Source: Berkelbacteria bacterium GW2011_GWE1_39_12
GTDB taxonomy: Bacteria; Patescibacteriota; UBA1384; UBA12157
Direction of reading: 5' to 3'
Assembly (NCBI GenBank): GCA_001029735.1
Contig: CP011213.1
Location: forward strand, 591,929 to 655,928
DNA length: 64,000 bases
In this document: positions 1-9,783 of the stretch, one piece after another
Layout of the letters: each line of letters starts with the position of its first letter
How positions within the stretch are numbered: position 1 is the stretch's first letter
Translations under genes and position numbers: made by a program
The notes under the pieces: model-generated
What the model was told of the DNA's origin: nothing
Seen by the model: the letters and a program-made list of their open reading frames with translations, nothing else
Databases searched by the model: none

Positions 1-1185
1 GATGGAATTTATTTGAGTAATATCGCTACCAGCTACGAAGATGTGCCTTACTTTCTCTATAATCTTATTTCTAAAATTACACTCGATTTGGTAAAAATAA
101 TGGATTGGTATCCAGACGTAATTCATTACCACGATAGTTTTGAAGCTCTAACTTCTAAGTGGTTAAACATAAAATATCAAAAACATTCAAGTTATCGCAA
201 AATCGCGACTGTTATGACAATACATAATTTAGCTACCCAACCAAAATTCAGGCTTACTGCGGCAACAAAATTAGGTTTTAAAAGAAAAGATTTTTCAAGG
301 GTAAATAAAATATTAAAAACTAAAGTTATAAATTTGACGGCTGAGGCGATCGACAATGTTGATATGATGAATACAGTCAGTCCTACTTATGCCAAAGAAG
401 TTTTAAGTAAAAAATATGGTGCAGGTTTAAATAAGCTATTAAAAATGCACAAAAAACAATTTACGGGAATTGTAAATGGTATTGATTATACTGATTTCGA
501 CCCTAGGACAAATAAAGATACCCCGGTAAATTACGGTACGACTTCGCTTTATAAAAAAGTTGAAAATAAATTGTATTTACAGAAAAAATTAGGCCTAACA
601 CAATCAGCAGAGTTACCACTTATTTGTGCTGTAACTAGGATAGTTGGTCAAAAAGGCGTTGACTTAATGGAAGATGTTTTGAAAGATTTAGTCGATATGG
701 GCGCGCAATTTGTCATTTTAGGATCTGGCTATGGCCGAGAGTTAGAAAAAATATTTATTAAGGCTGAAAAAGAAAATCCAAAAGAAATAGCGGCCGAAAT
801 TGGTTTTGATGCAAATTTTGCTCAAACAATTTACGCTGGTGCAGATATGCTATTGATGCCATCACGTTATGAACCTTGCGGATTATCACAAATTATCGCC
901 ATGCGTTTCGGCACGGTTCCGATTGTTAGAAAAACTGGTGGGCTGGCCGACACAGTTAAAGACGGGAAAACTGGCTTCGTATTTAAGGAATATGATAAAA
1001 ATGCTTTTTTATGGTCAATCAGACGCGCAGTTGATCTTTACTACAATGACAAAGAAGCATGGCAAAAAATGCAAGTTAACTGTATGAAGGAAGACTTTTC
1101 TTGGGAAAAATCGGCTAAAAAATATATGTGGCTTTATAGAAAAGCCGTAAGTAACCATAAAAATTATTTAAATGGATTAAAATGA
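1..1185 (+). CDS. glycogen/starch synthase-like glycosyltransferase (GT1-type C-terminal domain); 5' end lies outside the window
   Basis: The reading frame is open from base 1. The C-terminal GT-B motifs 'EPCGLSQIIAMRFGTVPIVRKTGGLADTV' are typical of GlgA-like synthases, but the N-terminal KxGGL region is missing, so the gene is truncated by the window edge. Confidence 0.6.
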   Translation, partial: DGIYLSNIATSYEDVPYFLYNLISKITLDLVKIMDWYPDVIHYHDSFEALTSKWLNIKYQKHSSYRKIATVMTIHNLATQPKFRLTAATKLGFKRKDFSRVNKILKTKVINLTAEAIDNVDMMNTVSPTYAKEVLSKKYGAGLNKLLKMHKKQFTGIVNGIDYTDFDPRTNKDTPVNYGTTSLYKKVENKLYLQKKLGLTQSAELPLICAVTRIVGQKGVDLMEDVLKDLVDMGAQFVILGSGYGRELEKIFIKAEKENPKEIAAEIGFDANFAQTIYAGADMLLMPSRYEPCGLSQIIAMRFGTVPIVRKTGGLADTVKDGKTGFVFKEYDKNAFLWSIRRAVDLYYNDKEAWQKMQVNCMKEDFSWEKSAKKYMWLYRKAVSNHKNYLNGLK

Positions 1186-2132
1186 CAAACGATTCAAACG
1201 ATTTTTATTTATTAGATAAAGAAAATGCAGAGAAATTTTTCCAAGAATTCTGTAAGGAAATTTTTGGAAAACAGATTATCATCAGTGTCCTCGATCTAAA
1301 GAGATCTCATACTTATAATCCTGATAATTATAATATTTATTATTTATTGAAGACCGACGGCGAAAAAAAAGGTATTCGACTTTCAACTTCAAAAGTTTTA
1401 AGTAAAAAAGATGATTTTCTTGTAATGAATTTTTTTCACAAAAACGGTTTTCAGGATGGTATGTTTATAGCACCTAAACCATTGGCCTACTTGGAAAAAG
1501 ATAATATTTTCATATATGAAGATACTTTGGGTGATAGATTAAGTGATAGTTTATCAAAAATAGATAATTTAGATTCAGTGGTGGAAAAGATTGCCTTACT
1601 GTTAAAAAAAGTGCATAATCTTTCAAAACCAGAGTTTACAGCAAAAAAGAGTGATTTTATTTTTGAAAATTTTCAATTCCAACTCATTGAAAATAATTTT
1701 CCAAAATTAGAGGGAAAGTTAAAGCCATTAATAGATCAAATAAAAGAAAAAAATTTAGATGGTCATCTAGATTTTTGTCATGGTGATTTCAATCCGAACA
1801 ATATTCTTTTACAAGGTGAAAAAATTGTATTAATTGATTTTGGCTCGAGTTGTTTTTTAAAAAAAGAGCTCGACATGGCTTCGTTTTTAGTACATTTGGA
1901 AATTATGCTTTGCAAAACAGATAAAGCCATTTTATTTGATAAATTAGAAAAAACTTTTTTGAATAATTACGGCGAGTATGATAATACTAATTTAGTAAGT
2001 TTATCGATAGCAATTAACTTACGGTTACTGGAGATATCTTTAGTCTATCCTTGGGCTGATCGTAACCAGGAATTCCAGTCTTATATTTATAATTTACTGG
2101 AAAAAAATATTTCTAAATATAATGAACTATGA
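1182..2132 (+). CDS. aminoglycoside/choline-kinase-like phosphotransferase (APH family)
   Basis: Brenner-type kinase motifs 'FCHGDFNPNNILL' and 'LIDFG' are present. Its start overlaps the upstream stop by 4 nt. Confidence 0.55.
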   Translation: MTNDSNDFYLLDKENAEKFFQEFCKEIFGKQIIISVLDLKRSHTYNPDNYNIYYLLKTDGEKKGIRLSTSKVLSKKDDFLVMNFFHKNGFQDGMFIAPKPLAYLEKDNIFIYEDTLGDRLSDSLSKIDNLDSVVEKIALLLKKVHNLSKPEFTAKKSDFIFENFQFQLIENNFPKLEGKLKPLIDQIKEKNLDGHLDFCHGDFNPNNILLQGEKIVLIDFGSSCFLKKELDMASFLVHLEIMLCKTDKAILFDKLEKTFLNNYGEYDNTNLVSLSIAINLRLLEISLVYPWADRNQEFQSYIYNLLEKNISKYNEL

Positions 2133-4134
2133 TTTACCGATTTCAAATTTGTTAGGTGTCGGTCCTAAAATGGCCGAAAAATTAGAAAGGTTGGGGATAG
2201 AAACTATCCGCGATCTTCTTTTTTATTACCCTCGAACTTACGATGATTTTACAAATCCTGTGCCAATCAAAAGTTTAAGAATTGATGACGAAAAAATCAT
2301 TAAAGCCAAGATTATTAAAATAAGCGAGGCCCGAACGAACCGCCGGTGGATGAGCTTAATTAAAGCCAAATTGGCAGACGAAACTGGTGAAATTGAAGCC
2401 GTTTGGTTTAATCAATCCTTTTTATTAAATGTTTTAAAAGAAGGTAGTGAATTTTTGTTTTTAGGCAAAGTGCATTGGGATTTTAAAAATAAGAAGAAGA
2501 ATTTTACTGTTACTAGCTATGAAAAAGAAGCGAAAATACTACCGGTTTACGGTGAAACCGAAGGTTTAACCAGTAAATTTTTGCGTAAATTGATCGAACC
2601 TTTGCTCGAAAAATTTTCTATCGTTGACTATTTGCCTGACGAAATTAAAAAGGAGCAAAGCTTAATTGATTTAGCCAGCGCAGTTAAAAACATTCATTTC
2701 CCAGCTACGAATGATCAGATGCATGCGGCCAGACGGCGCATTGCTTTTGACGAATTGTTTTTCATTGCTTTAAAAATGCAAGAGGCTAAAAAAGAGCTGT
2801 CTGTTTCACGTGCGCCAAAAATAAAATTCGATGAAAATATTTTAAAAAATTTTGTGAATGACTTGCCGTATAAATTAACAAACGCACAAAGAAAAACGGC
2901 ATGGGAAATAGTCCAAGATTTAGAAAATAGTCGGCCGATGAATCGTTTATTGGAAGGCGATGTCGGTTCCGGCAAAACCGTAGTCGCTGCGATGGCGGTA
3001 TTAACTACGGTTAAGGCTGGCTTCCAAGCAGTTTGGTTGGCGCCAACAACGATTTTGGCTAATCAGCATTACCAAAATGTTTCAAAATTATTAAAAGATA
3101 TTAAAGTAGGTATTTGGACGGCCGGCAGTAAACTGGCAGATTTTAAAAACGATGATTTAATTATTGGTACCCACGCCTTGGTGCAAAAAGGTGTAAACTT
3201 TGATCGCTTAGCCTTGATTATTGTCGATGAGCAACATCGTTTTGGTGTAAAACAACGAGCCTTTTTGAAGGAGGGTGCCTTTAAAAAAAATGACACAGTC
3301 CCACACTTTCTTTCGATGACAGCCACGCCGATTCCGAGAACTTTAGCCCTAGCTTTTTATGGTGATTTAGATCTATCGATTATCAATGAAATGCCAGCGG
3401 GCCGCCAAAAAGTCATTACGAAAATTGTGCCTCCAAAAGAACGTAATCAAGCATATGATTTTATTAAAAACCAAGTTGAAGCTGGCCGACAAGTCTTTGT
3501 CATTTGTCCTTTAATCGACGAAAAGGTTTCATCAGATCGTTTATTGGACGTGGATAGAAAATCAGCGGTTAAGGAGTATGAAAAGCTTTCAAAAAAAATA
3601 TTTCCGCAGTTCAAGGTTGGTCTTTTACATGGCAAGATGAAGGTGTCGGAAAAAGACGAGGTGATGCAAAAATTCAAAAACAAAAAGATTGATATTTTAG
3701 TTTCCACAGCCGTAGTCGAAGTTGGCATCGATATTCCCAACGCTACTGTTATGATGATTGAAGATGCGGAGCGTTTCGGTTTAGCTCAACTTCATCAATT
3801 TAGAGGTCGTGTGGGTAGAGGCAAAGATCAGTCATATTGTTTAATTTTCTCCGAGAGCTGGTCGGATTCGACGAAAAAGCGCTTAAAAGCGATGATCACT
3901 TGCGACAATGGTTTTGACCTAGCAGAAATCGATTTGGATTTAAGGGGTCCAGGTGAATTCACGGGATTTTGTCAATCAGGTTTACCGGACTTGAAAATGG
4001 CCTCACTTTCAGATAGAATAATGATAGAAAAGGCCAAGGTGGCAGCAGAGAACGTGGTTAAAAAAGGCATCGAAAATTATCCAAAGCTATTGGAAAAATT
4101 TAAAGAATTTGCTATCACTAAGCATTTGGAATGA
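2122..4134 (+). CDS. recG: ATP-dependent DNA helicase RecG
   Basis: Walker A 'GDVGSGKT', the 'DEQHRFGV' motif, an N-terminal wedge/OB region and the 670 aa length all fit RecG. Confidence 0.85.
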   Translation: MNYDLPISNLLGVGPKMAEKLERLGIETIRDLLFYYPRTYDDFTNPVPIKSLRIDDEKIIKAKIIKISEARTNRRWMSLIKAKLADETGEIEAVWFNQSFLLNVLKEGSEFLFLGKVHWDFKNKKKNFTVTSYEKEAKILPVYGETEGLTSKFLRKLIEPLLEKFSIVDYLPDEIKKEQSLIDLASAVKNIHFPATNDQMHAARRRIAFDELFFIALKMQEAKKELSVSRAPKIKFDENILKNFVNDLPYKLTNAQRKTAWEIVQDLENSRPMNRLLEGDVGSGKTVVAAMAVLTTVKAGFQAVWLAPTTILANQHYQNVSKLLKDIKVGIWTAGSKLADFKNDDLIIGTHALVQKGVNFDRLALIIVDEQHRFGVKQRAFLKEGAFKKNDTVPHFLSMTATPIPRTLALAFYGDLDLSIINEMPAGRQKVITKIVPPKERNQAYDFIKNQVEAGRQVFVICPLIDEKVSSDRLLDVDRKSAVKEYEKLSKKIFPQFKVGLLHGKMKVSEKDEVMQKFKNKKIDILVSTAVVEVGIDIPNATVMMIEDAERFGLAQLHQFRGRVGRGKDQSYCLIFSESWSDSTKKRLKAMITCDNGFDLAEIDLDLRGPGEFTGFCQSGLPDLKMASLSDRIMIEKAKVAAENVVKKGIENYPKLLEKFKEFAITKHLE

Positions 4135-4565
4135 ATGAATTTGATAAGCTAATTTATCAATACAGATTTATTGTCGGTGGCGTTCTAATCGCCGTCATTT
4201 TGACCGGTTCCGGTCTTCTAGTCTGGGAAAAGATTGTTCAATCTCGTCAATCAAAAAACGAGGCGATGGAGTTGCTAGAAAAAGAAAATGAAGCTCTGCG
4301 CCAAGAGTTGAGTGGTCAAGCGAAAGTTGTGGCTGGATCCGAAGCTTCCGTTGTACAGGGTGAAAGCGACAAAATCAACATTAATACTGCGGCTTTGACT
4401 GATTTAGATAAAATTCCCAGTGTTGGTCCGGTAATTGCGCAAAGAATAATCGATTACAGAAATGAAAACGGCGCTTTTAAAACGATCGAAGATTTAAAAA
4501 AGGTCAAAGGCATTGGGGAAAAAACATTCGAAAAAATTTCAGGCTCAATAACAGCAGGAGAATAG
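4131..4565 (+). CDS. comEA: ComEA-like helix-hairpin-helix DNA-binding (competence) protein
   Basis: N-terminal TM helix followed by tandem HhH motifs at the C-terminus ('INTAALTDLDKIPSVGPVIAQRIIDYRNENGAFKTIEDLKKVKGIGEKTFEKI'). Confidence 0.75.
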   Translation: MNEFDKLIYQYRFIVGGVLIAVILTGSGLLVWEKIVQSRQSKNEAMELLEKENEALRQELSGQAKVVAGSEASVVQGESDKININTAALTDLDKIPSVGPVIAQRIIDYRNENGAFKTIEDLKKVKGIGEKTFEKISGSITAGE

Positions 4566-5162
4566 ATGGGTGAAATACTAAATGAATCAGTTGGCCAGAT
4601 TACCACAAAGACCCTTAGCGATGTTGAACCGACTGCTTTTTGTAGCTCAACGATAATATTAAATCCTGAACATTTAAGAGAAGTAGTCGAGGAACCATTA
4701 ATTCCCGCTTGCGAAATTTTATACCAAAAAAATATCGAGACGGCAGATAGCTCTGCTAATAATAAAGATATCAGATCCGGTGGGGATGCGAGAATTTGTA
4801 TCAATTGGGATTCTTTATCTGAGGAAAACAGAAAAATTGTCGAAGGCTTGGGTTTGGAGCCTGTACCCTTTAATAATTTCCAGGTAGTAATATTACAAGA
4901 ACCGATTGAAGAAAAAACGACAGTTCAGGAGCTTTCAAACAAGTTCACAGAAAAAGCAAACATGTTCTTATTGCAAGAGCCAAAATGGATTCCAAGCTTT
5001 ACAATGGATGACTTAAGAAAAGAATATGGATATAGTGAAAGTGATGAGAGCACGCCAGAAGATTTTGAACAAGATTATTATGATCAAGAGTCAAAGAGAT
5101 TTTATTTGAGTGAAGATCATTATCGTAAAGTAAAGGAATGGGAAGATAGTCAAGTTAAATAA
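4566..5162 (+). CDS. hypothetical protein with acidic C-terminus
   Basis: Long ORF translationally coupled to comEA. I recognise no motifs. Confidence 0.4.
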   Translation: MGEILNESVGQITTKTLSDVEPTAFCSSTIILNPEHLREVVEEPLIPACEILYQKNIETADSSANNKDIRSGGDARICINWDSLSEENRKIVEGLGLEPVPFNNFQVVILQEPIEEKTTVQELSNKFTEKANMFLLQEPKWIPSFTMDDLRKEYGYSESDESTPEDFEQDYYDQESKRFYLSEDHYRKVKEWEDSQVK

Positions 5163-5167
5163 TTTAT

Positions 5168-5251
5168 GCCCGGGTGGTGAAATGGTATACACGCCAGTTT
5201 TAGGAACTGGTGTCGAAAGACGTGGAGGTTCGAGTCCTCTCCCGGGCACCA
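5168..5251 (+). tRNA. tRNA-Leu (anticodon TAG), class II with long variable arm, CCA encoded
   Basis: Hand-folded. Acceptor GCCCGGG pairs with CCCGGGC; anticodon stem CCAGT/ACTGG; loop TTTAGGA; variable arm GGTGTCGAAAGACGTG; T-arm GGTTCGAGTCC. Confidence 0.85.
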
Positions 5252-5286
5252 ATGCAATAATAATCCAATGATATTTTATGACCGAT

Positions 5287-5329
5287 GGTGTCGAAAGACG
5301 TGGAGCTAGTTGTCTAAAGGCGGGCACCA
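5287..5329 (+). pseudogene. degenerate copy of the tRNA-Leu(TAG) 3' portion (variable arm plus acceptor end, T-arm replaced)
   Basis: A 19-nt exact repeat GGTGTCGAAAGACGTGGAG and the terminal CGGGCACCA recur 36 nt downstream of the intact tRNA. Confidence 0.6.
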
Positions 5330-5349
5330 AAAAATACAAGGAATAACCA

Positions 5350-5676
5350 ATGATTAATTACGATGATTTCTCAAAAATTGAAGTTAAGATCGGCAAAGTT
5401 ATAAATGCTGAAAAGGTGCCGGAAACTGATAAGCTATTAAAATTAGAAGTCGATTTTGGCGAAGAAACCAATCGCACGATCGTATCAGGCATTGCCCATG
5501 CCATTAATACAGAAGATATTATCGGTAAAGAGGTCCCATTTGTTGTTAATCTTGAACCAAGAACTATTCGCGGCATCGAAAGCCGAGGCATGATTATGGT
5601 GGCAATTGATGCAGAAGAAAATCCAGTTCTGCTAAATCCATCAAAAGAAGTGCCGCCGGGTTCACTTGTAAGATAA
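5350..5676 (+). CDS. tRNA-binding domain protein (CsaA/Trbp111-like; EMAP/MetRS C-terminal OB fold)
   Basis: The N-terminal segment 'DFSKIEVKIGKVINAEKVPETDKLLKLEVDFGEE' is the characteristic tRNA-binding OB motif. Confidence 0.75.
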   Translation: MINYDDFSKIEVKIGKVINAEKVPETDKLLKLEVDFGEETNRTIVSGIAHAINTEDIIGKEVPFVVNLEPRTIRGIESRGMIMVAIDAEENPVLLNPSKEVPPGSLVR

Positions 5677-5691
5677 ATTAATCGGAGGGGA

Positions 5692-6090
5692 ATGAAAAAA
5701 ATAGCCAAGGTTAGTACCTTTTGGAAAATTGTTCTCTGTTTTAATATTGCCGAGATATTGATTTTTGTGTTTTCTAGAATTTCTTCGTTTATCGAGCCTC
5801 ATCTTTCTTTTCAAAATCAATTAAATTTGGATTCTATTGTTGGTACCTATTATTTTAGATTGAGTTTGGATGTTTTAATTTTAAATTTTATTTTTTTCTT
5901 TCTTTCAGTTTTGGGTATTTTTCTTACTTTTCAAAATAAGACCGCTGGTAAAATATTACTCGTAGTTTCTGGACTATTTTTTCTGATCAATAGCTTGCCG
6001 GATTTTTTAGGGTTAAATAATTTTCTGTTTTGTTTAATTTTAATTTTAATAACTTGTCTGATTATAAATAAATTTTCAAACGAGGTTTAA
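5692..6090 (+). CDS. hypothetical polytopic membrane protein
   Basis: The translation is dominated by hydrophobic helices, and an RBS-like GGAGGGG lies upstream. Confidence 0.4.
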   Translation: MKKIAKVSTFWKIVLCFNIAEILIFVFSRISSFIEPHLSFQNQLNLDSIVGTYYFRLSLDVLILNFIFFFLSVLGIFLTFQNKTAGKILLVVSGLFFLINSLPDFLGLNNFLFCLILILITCLIINKFSNEV

Positions 6091-6276
6091 ATGGACGAAA
6101 TGAATGATTTTGATACATTTGAAAAAGAGATAAGAGAAAAAGAGGCAGAGAAAAACAAATCGAAACACAGAGTTTCTGGCAGGTCAGTTTTTAAGTTGCA
6201 AGAAATCATTCAAGAAAAAGCGAAAGAGGAGGAAAGTGGAGATTCCAAAAAACCCATGGCAGGGAACAAGCGATGA
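6091..6276 (+). CDS. small highly charged protein (61 aa), overlaps the start of the P-type ATPase gene
   Basis: ATG with a GAGGT RBS. Lys/Glu-rich sequence with no TM segment. Its 3' end overlaps the GTG start of the next gene in a different frame. Confidence 0.3.
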   Translation: MDEMNDFDTFEKEIREKEAEKNKSKHRVSGRSVFKLQEIIQEKAKEEESGDSKKPMAGNKR

Positions 6277-8776
6277 CCTGCTAAAAAAACTAGCAACGAA
6301 TCGAGGTGGATTAACTGATCTTGAAGCGCAAAAACGCTTGCTTGAGAATGGACCAAATTCCATTTCGAGGCAAACTCCCATCCCGTTGCTTAAAATATTT
6401 TTAGATCAATTTCTTGATCTGTTGGTTTTAATGTTAATTTTTGCATGTGTTTTATCTTTTATGCTGGGTGACCTAAGAAATGGTGTTGTCATCGGTTTGA
6501 TTGTTGTCTTAAATGCCATTATAGGATTTGTACAAGAATATAAAGCTGAAAAAATTTTGAAGGCCTTGGTTAAATTATTGCCTGAAAAAGTTAAGGTCAA
6601 GCGTAATGGCGAAGAAAAAGAAATTTCCGCTGAATATTTAGCATTAGGCGATATTGTGGTTATTAATGAAGGCGACAAAATACCGGCCGATATCCGCGTG
6701 ATCGAAAGCTATGAATTGAGAATAAATGAGCAGATATTAACTGGAGAAGTTAATCCGCAAAATAAAGAGGCAAAGGATTATAAGGACGGGAATCTTTTAA
6801 TAACAGAAAGGCTAAATCTTTTATTTGCCGGCACAAATGCGGCTGACGGAGAAGCAATAGGTGTTGTTGTGGCTACTGGCCGCGCAACGGAATTTGGTAA
6901 AATCGCTCAAAAGACGATGCAAATCAATAAAGAGCACTCACCTTTGCAAGAAAAGACTCGTCAAGTCGCAAAAAAAATAGCTATCTTCGCCGCTATTTGG
7001 ATGATTGTTTTAATTTTTTACCATTTTTACTTTGTTAGCTCTAAAATTGTTGACGCTTTAATTTTCGCCGTGGTTGTTGCGGCAGCCTTGGTTCCAGAAG
7101 GGCTACCGGCAACTGTCTCAGTGGCTCTTTCATTCGGTGCTCGTAACTTGGCAAGAAATAAGGCATTGATTAAAAATTTGGTTTCTGTCGAAACATTAGG
7201 TTCAACGACGGTTATTTGTACTGATAAGACTGGGACTTTAACGACTGGTAAAATGACCGTTAGAGAAGTTTGGGAATTTGCCAATCCTGAAATTAATCCT
7301 GCGGAAAAAAAACAACTTATTCGTCAAGTTGCGATTTTATGTAATGACGCTGAGGTTGAGACGGATAATGCCGTTGGGGATCCGACTGAAATCGCTTTGC
7401 TCGAATGGGCTAAAAAGGAAGGCGTTGATGTTGCAGAATATCGAAAAAAATATTTGAAGATTGATGAATTGCCTTTTAATTCAAGACGTCGATTTATGAG
7501 TACAACGTACAATTTAAATGGCAATAAGTTTAATTGCGTTAAGGGTGCGCCAGAAATAATTGCCGAAAAATGCCATCTTAACGATGAAGAAAAATCGCAA
7601 ATAAATAAAAAAATGGAAGAATACGCTTCGGAAGGATATCGTGTTTTAGCTTTAGCCTATAACCATATTTTCTTGGGGTTAGTATCAATTTTTGATCCAC
7701 CAAGACCCGAAGTAAAAGAAGCAATCGAAAATTGCAAAAAGGGCGGTATTAGAGTTATTATGGTCACTGGTGACAATCCCTTAACAGCTGCATCAATTGG
7801 AAAAATAACAGGGATCACATATGACTCTTTTCCAGAAGTGATTGACGGAAAAAGTTTATCGAAAATGTCTGATCTGGAATTACGTCAAAAACTCCACCAT
7901 GTAAATATATTTGCCCGCATTCTACCAGAGCAAAAGTTTCGAATTGTCGATAATTTAATGAGTATGGGCGAAATAGTAGCGGCTACTGGTGATGGTGTAA
8001 ACGACGCTCCAGCTTTAAAAAAGGCTGATATCGGGATCGCGATGGGAATAACGGGGACCGATGTTTCCAAGCAAGCCGCTGATCTGATCTTGTTAGATGA
8101 TAACTTTGCAACTATTGTTAAAGCAGTAGTTGAAGGTAGAGTTATTTTTGATAATGTAAAGAGATTTCTTTTTTACATTTTTACTCATAATTTCGGAGAG
8201 TTAATGATTGTCGCCTTGGGTATCTTTTTCGGATTACCTTTGACTATGTTGCCGGTACAAATTCTAGCAGTCGATCTAGGTACTGATATCTTGCCATCGA
8301 TGTCTTTTATTGCGGAAAAAGAAGAAAATGTAATGTCTTCCAAACCCCGTTCCAAATCAGTTCAGTTGCTAAATTTAGAATCTTTTATACATCTTTCTCT
8401 TTTAGGAACCGTAGTTGGTTTTGGCGCAATCTGGAACTTTACCTCGGTTCTAAATACGACTGGAAATTATGCAGCTGCCACAACTGTTTCACTTAGTACT
8501 TTGGCGGTAGCCCAGGCGTTCAATGCCTTTTTAGCTCGGTGCCCTCATGTTTCAATTTTTAAGTATTCTTTTTGGTCGAATAAATATTTAATTGGTTCTG
8601 TTTTGATTTCATTGATTATATTATTGCTTATAGTTTATACTGAACCATTAAATAACTTTATCTTAACCAGCCCATTTCCTGCGGTATATTGGTTGAGAAT
8701 ATTGCTGGTAGGAATTGTATTTTTAATAGTCGAAGAACTTTATAAATTAATTAAGAAAAAACATGCAAGAGTATAA
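6236..8776 (+). CDS. P-type cation-transporting ATPase (type II, Ca2+/Mg2+-like)
   Basis: Phosphorylation motif 'DKTGTLT', 'TGDGVNDAPALKKADIGIAMG' and 'TGES'-like actuator motifs, with about 10 TM helices. GTG start with a strong upstream RBS GAGGAGGAAA. Confidence 0.85.
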   Translation: MEIPKNPWQGTSDDLLKKLATNRGGLTDLEAQKRLLENGPNSISRQTPIPLLKIFLDQFLDLLVLMLIFACVLSFMLGDLRNGVVIGLIVVLNAIIGFVQEYKAEKILKALVKLLPEKVKVKRNGEEKEISAEYLALGDIVVINEGDKIPADIRVIESYELRINEQILTGEVNPQNKEAKDYKDGNLLITERLNLLFAGTNAADGEAIGVVVATGRATEFGKIAQKTMQINKEHSPLQEKTRQVAKKIAIFAAIWMIVLIFYHFYFVSSKIVDALIFAVVVAAALVPEGLPATVSVALSFGARNLARNKALIKNLVSVETLGSTTVICTDKTGTLTTGKMTVREVWEFANPEINPAEKKQLIRQVAILCNDAEVETDNAVGDPTEIALLEWAKKEGVDVAEYRKKYLKIDELPFNSRRRFMSTTYNLNGNKFNCVKGAPEIIAEKCHLNDEEKSQINKKMEEYASEGYRVLALAYNHIFLGLVSIFDPPRPEVKEAIENCKKGGIRVIMVTGDNPLTAASIGKITGITYDSFPEVIDGKSLSKMSDLELRQKLHHVNIFARILPEQKFRIVDNLMSMGEIVAATGDGVNDAPALKKADIGIAMGITGTDVSKQAADLILLDDNFATIVKAVVEGRVIFDNVKRFLFYIFTHNFGELMIVALGIFFGLPLTMLPVQILAVDLGTDILPSMSFIAEKEENVMSSKPRSKSVQLLNLESFIHLSLLGTVVGFGAIWNFTSVLNTTGNYAAATTVSLSTLAVAQAFNAFLARCPHVSIFKYSFWSNKYLIGSVLISLIILLLIVYTEPLNNFILTSPFPAVYWLRILLVGIVFLIVEELYKLIKKKHARV

Positions 8777-9743
8777 GAATAAATTAAAAAAAGTCATAGC
8801 AATCATTGGCCCTACCGGATCAGGCAAGACATCTTGGGCGAAAGCTTTGGCTAAGAAATTTAATGGCAAGGTTATTTCTGTTGATTCGCGACAAATTTAT
8901 AAAGGCATGGATATTGGTACAGCTAAAGATAAAACTTTTCCGCAGGATCTAATTGATATTGTAAATCCCGACGAATCTTATACCGTATCCGACTATCAAA
9001 AGGCTGCGACAGAGCTAATTAATGGCTATTTGAAGGTTAAAAGCTTGCCGATTTTGGTTGGCGGTACGGGTTTGTATATGGAATCTGTTTTATATGGTTT
9101 TGTTTTACCTGAACTTAAAGAGCAAAGCGAAAAACTTAGAGAAGATTTAGGAAAATTAACCGATGTAGAACTCTATAAAAAATTACAGGAAATTGATTTT
9201 GAAGCTTCAAAAAAAATCGACCCTCGAAACAAGAGACGGGTTATCCGCGCTTTGGAAGTAACTATTCTTTCAGGAAAACCGTTTTCAGCTCAGCAAAAAA
9301 AATTAAAGCCAAAATTCGACAGTCTGATAATCGGTATAAAAACCGATCGCGAGACACTTTATTCCAAGATCGATGCTCGTGTTGATCAGATGATTAAAGA
9401 AGGTTTGGTGGAAGAAGTTCGTAAACTTGCCGATAAATACAGAAAAGACTTGCCGGCATTTAATACTATTGGATACAAAGAAATTTTCGAATATATTTCG
9501 GCAAACGAAATTCCGCGACAATCGCAGCTTGGCCATATTTCGGCTACCGAAATTCCGCGCCAAGATAATCTTGGCTATTTAAGTGGTAAGCAAACACTTA
9601 AAGAAGCAATCGAAAAAATAAAAAATAACACTCATGCCTATGTTCGCAGACAAGATACTTGGTTTAATCGAGATAAAAATATTCATTGGGTCGATGATTT
9701 AAGCCAAGCAGAAAAACTAATTGAGAAGTTTCTAAAAAAATAG
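8763..9743 (+). CDS. miaA: tRNA dimethylallyltransferase
   Basis: P-loop 'GPTGSGKT' and the 'DSRQIYKGMDIGTAK' motif. It contains an in-frame 39-nt tandem duplication at 9496-9573. Confidence 0.85.
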   Translation: MQEYKNKLKKVIAIIGPTGSGKTSWAKALAKKFNGKVISVDSRQIYKGMDIGTAKDKTFPQDLIDIVNPDESYTVSDYQKAATELINGYLKVKSLPILVGGTGLYMESVLYGFVLPELKEQSEKLREDLGKLTDVELYKKLQEIDFEASKKIDPRNKRRVIRALEVTILSGKPFSAQQKKLKPKFDSLIIGIKTDRETLYSKIDARVDQMIKEGLVEEVRKLADKYRKDLPAFNTIGYKEIFEYISANEIPRQSQLGHISATEIPRQDNLGYLSGKQTLKEAIEKIKNNTHAYVRRQDTWFNRDKNIHWVDDLSQAEKLIEKFLKK

Positions 9744-9783
9744 CTAATTGATGAGCTTTGTTTTATAATGTACTCGAGGGGAA

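Noticed and set aside
2715-3740. Several 85-97 aa minus-strand ORFs inside recG
   Set aside because: They lie antisense within a well-supported long CDS and have no independent signals.
5091-5339. Minus-strand ORF (82 aa) covering tRNA-Leu(TAG) and its downstream fragment
   Set aside because: Its translation is the typical antisense reading of a tRNA gene ('GLEPPRLSTPVPKTGV'). The region is fully explained by the tRNA and its partial copy.
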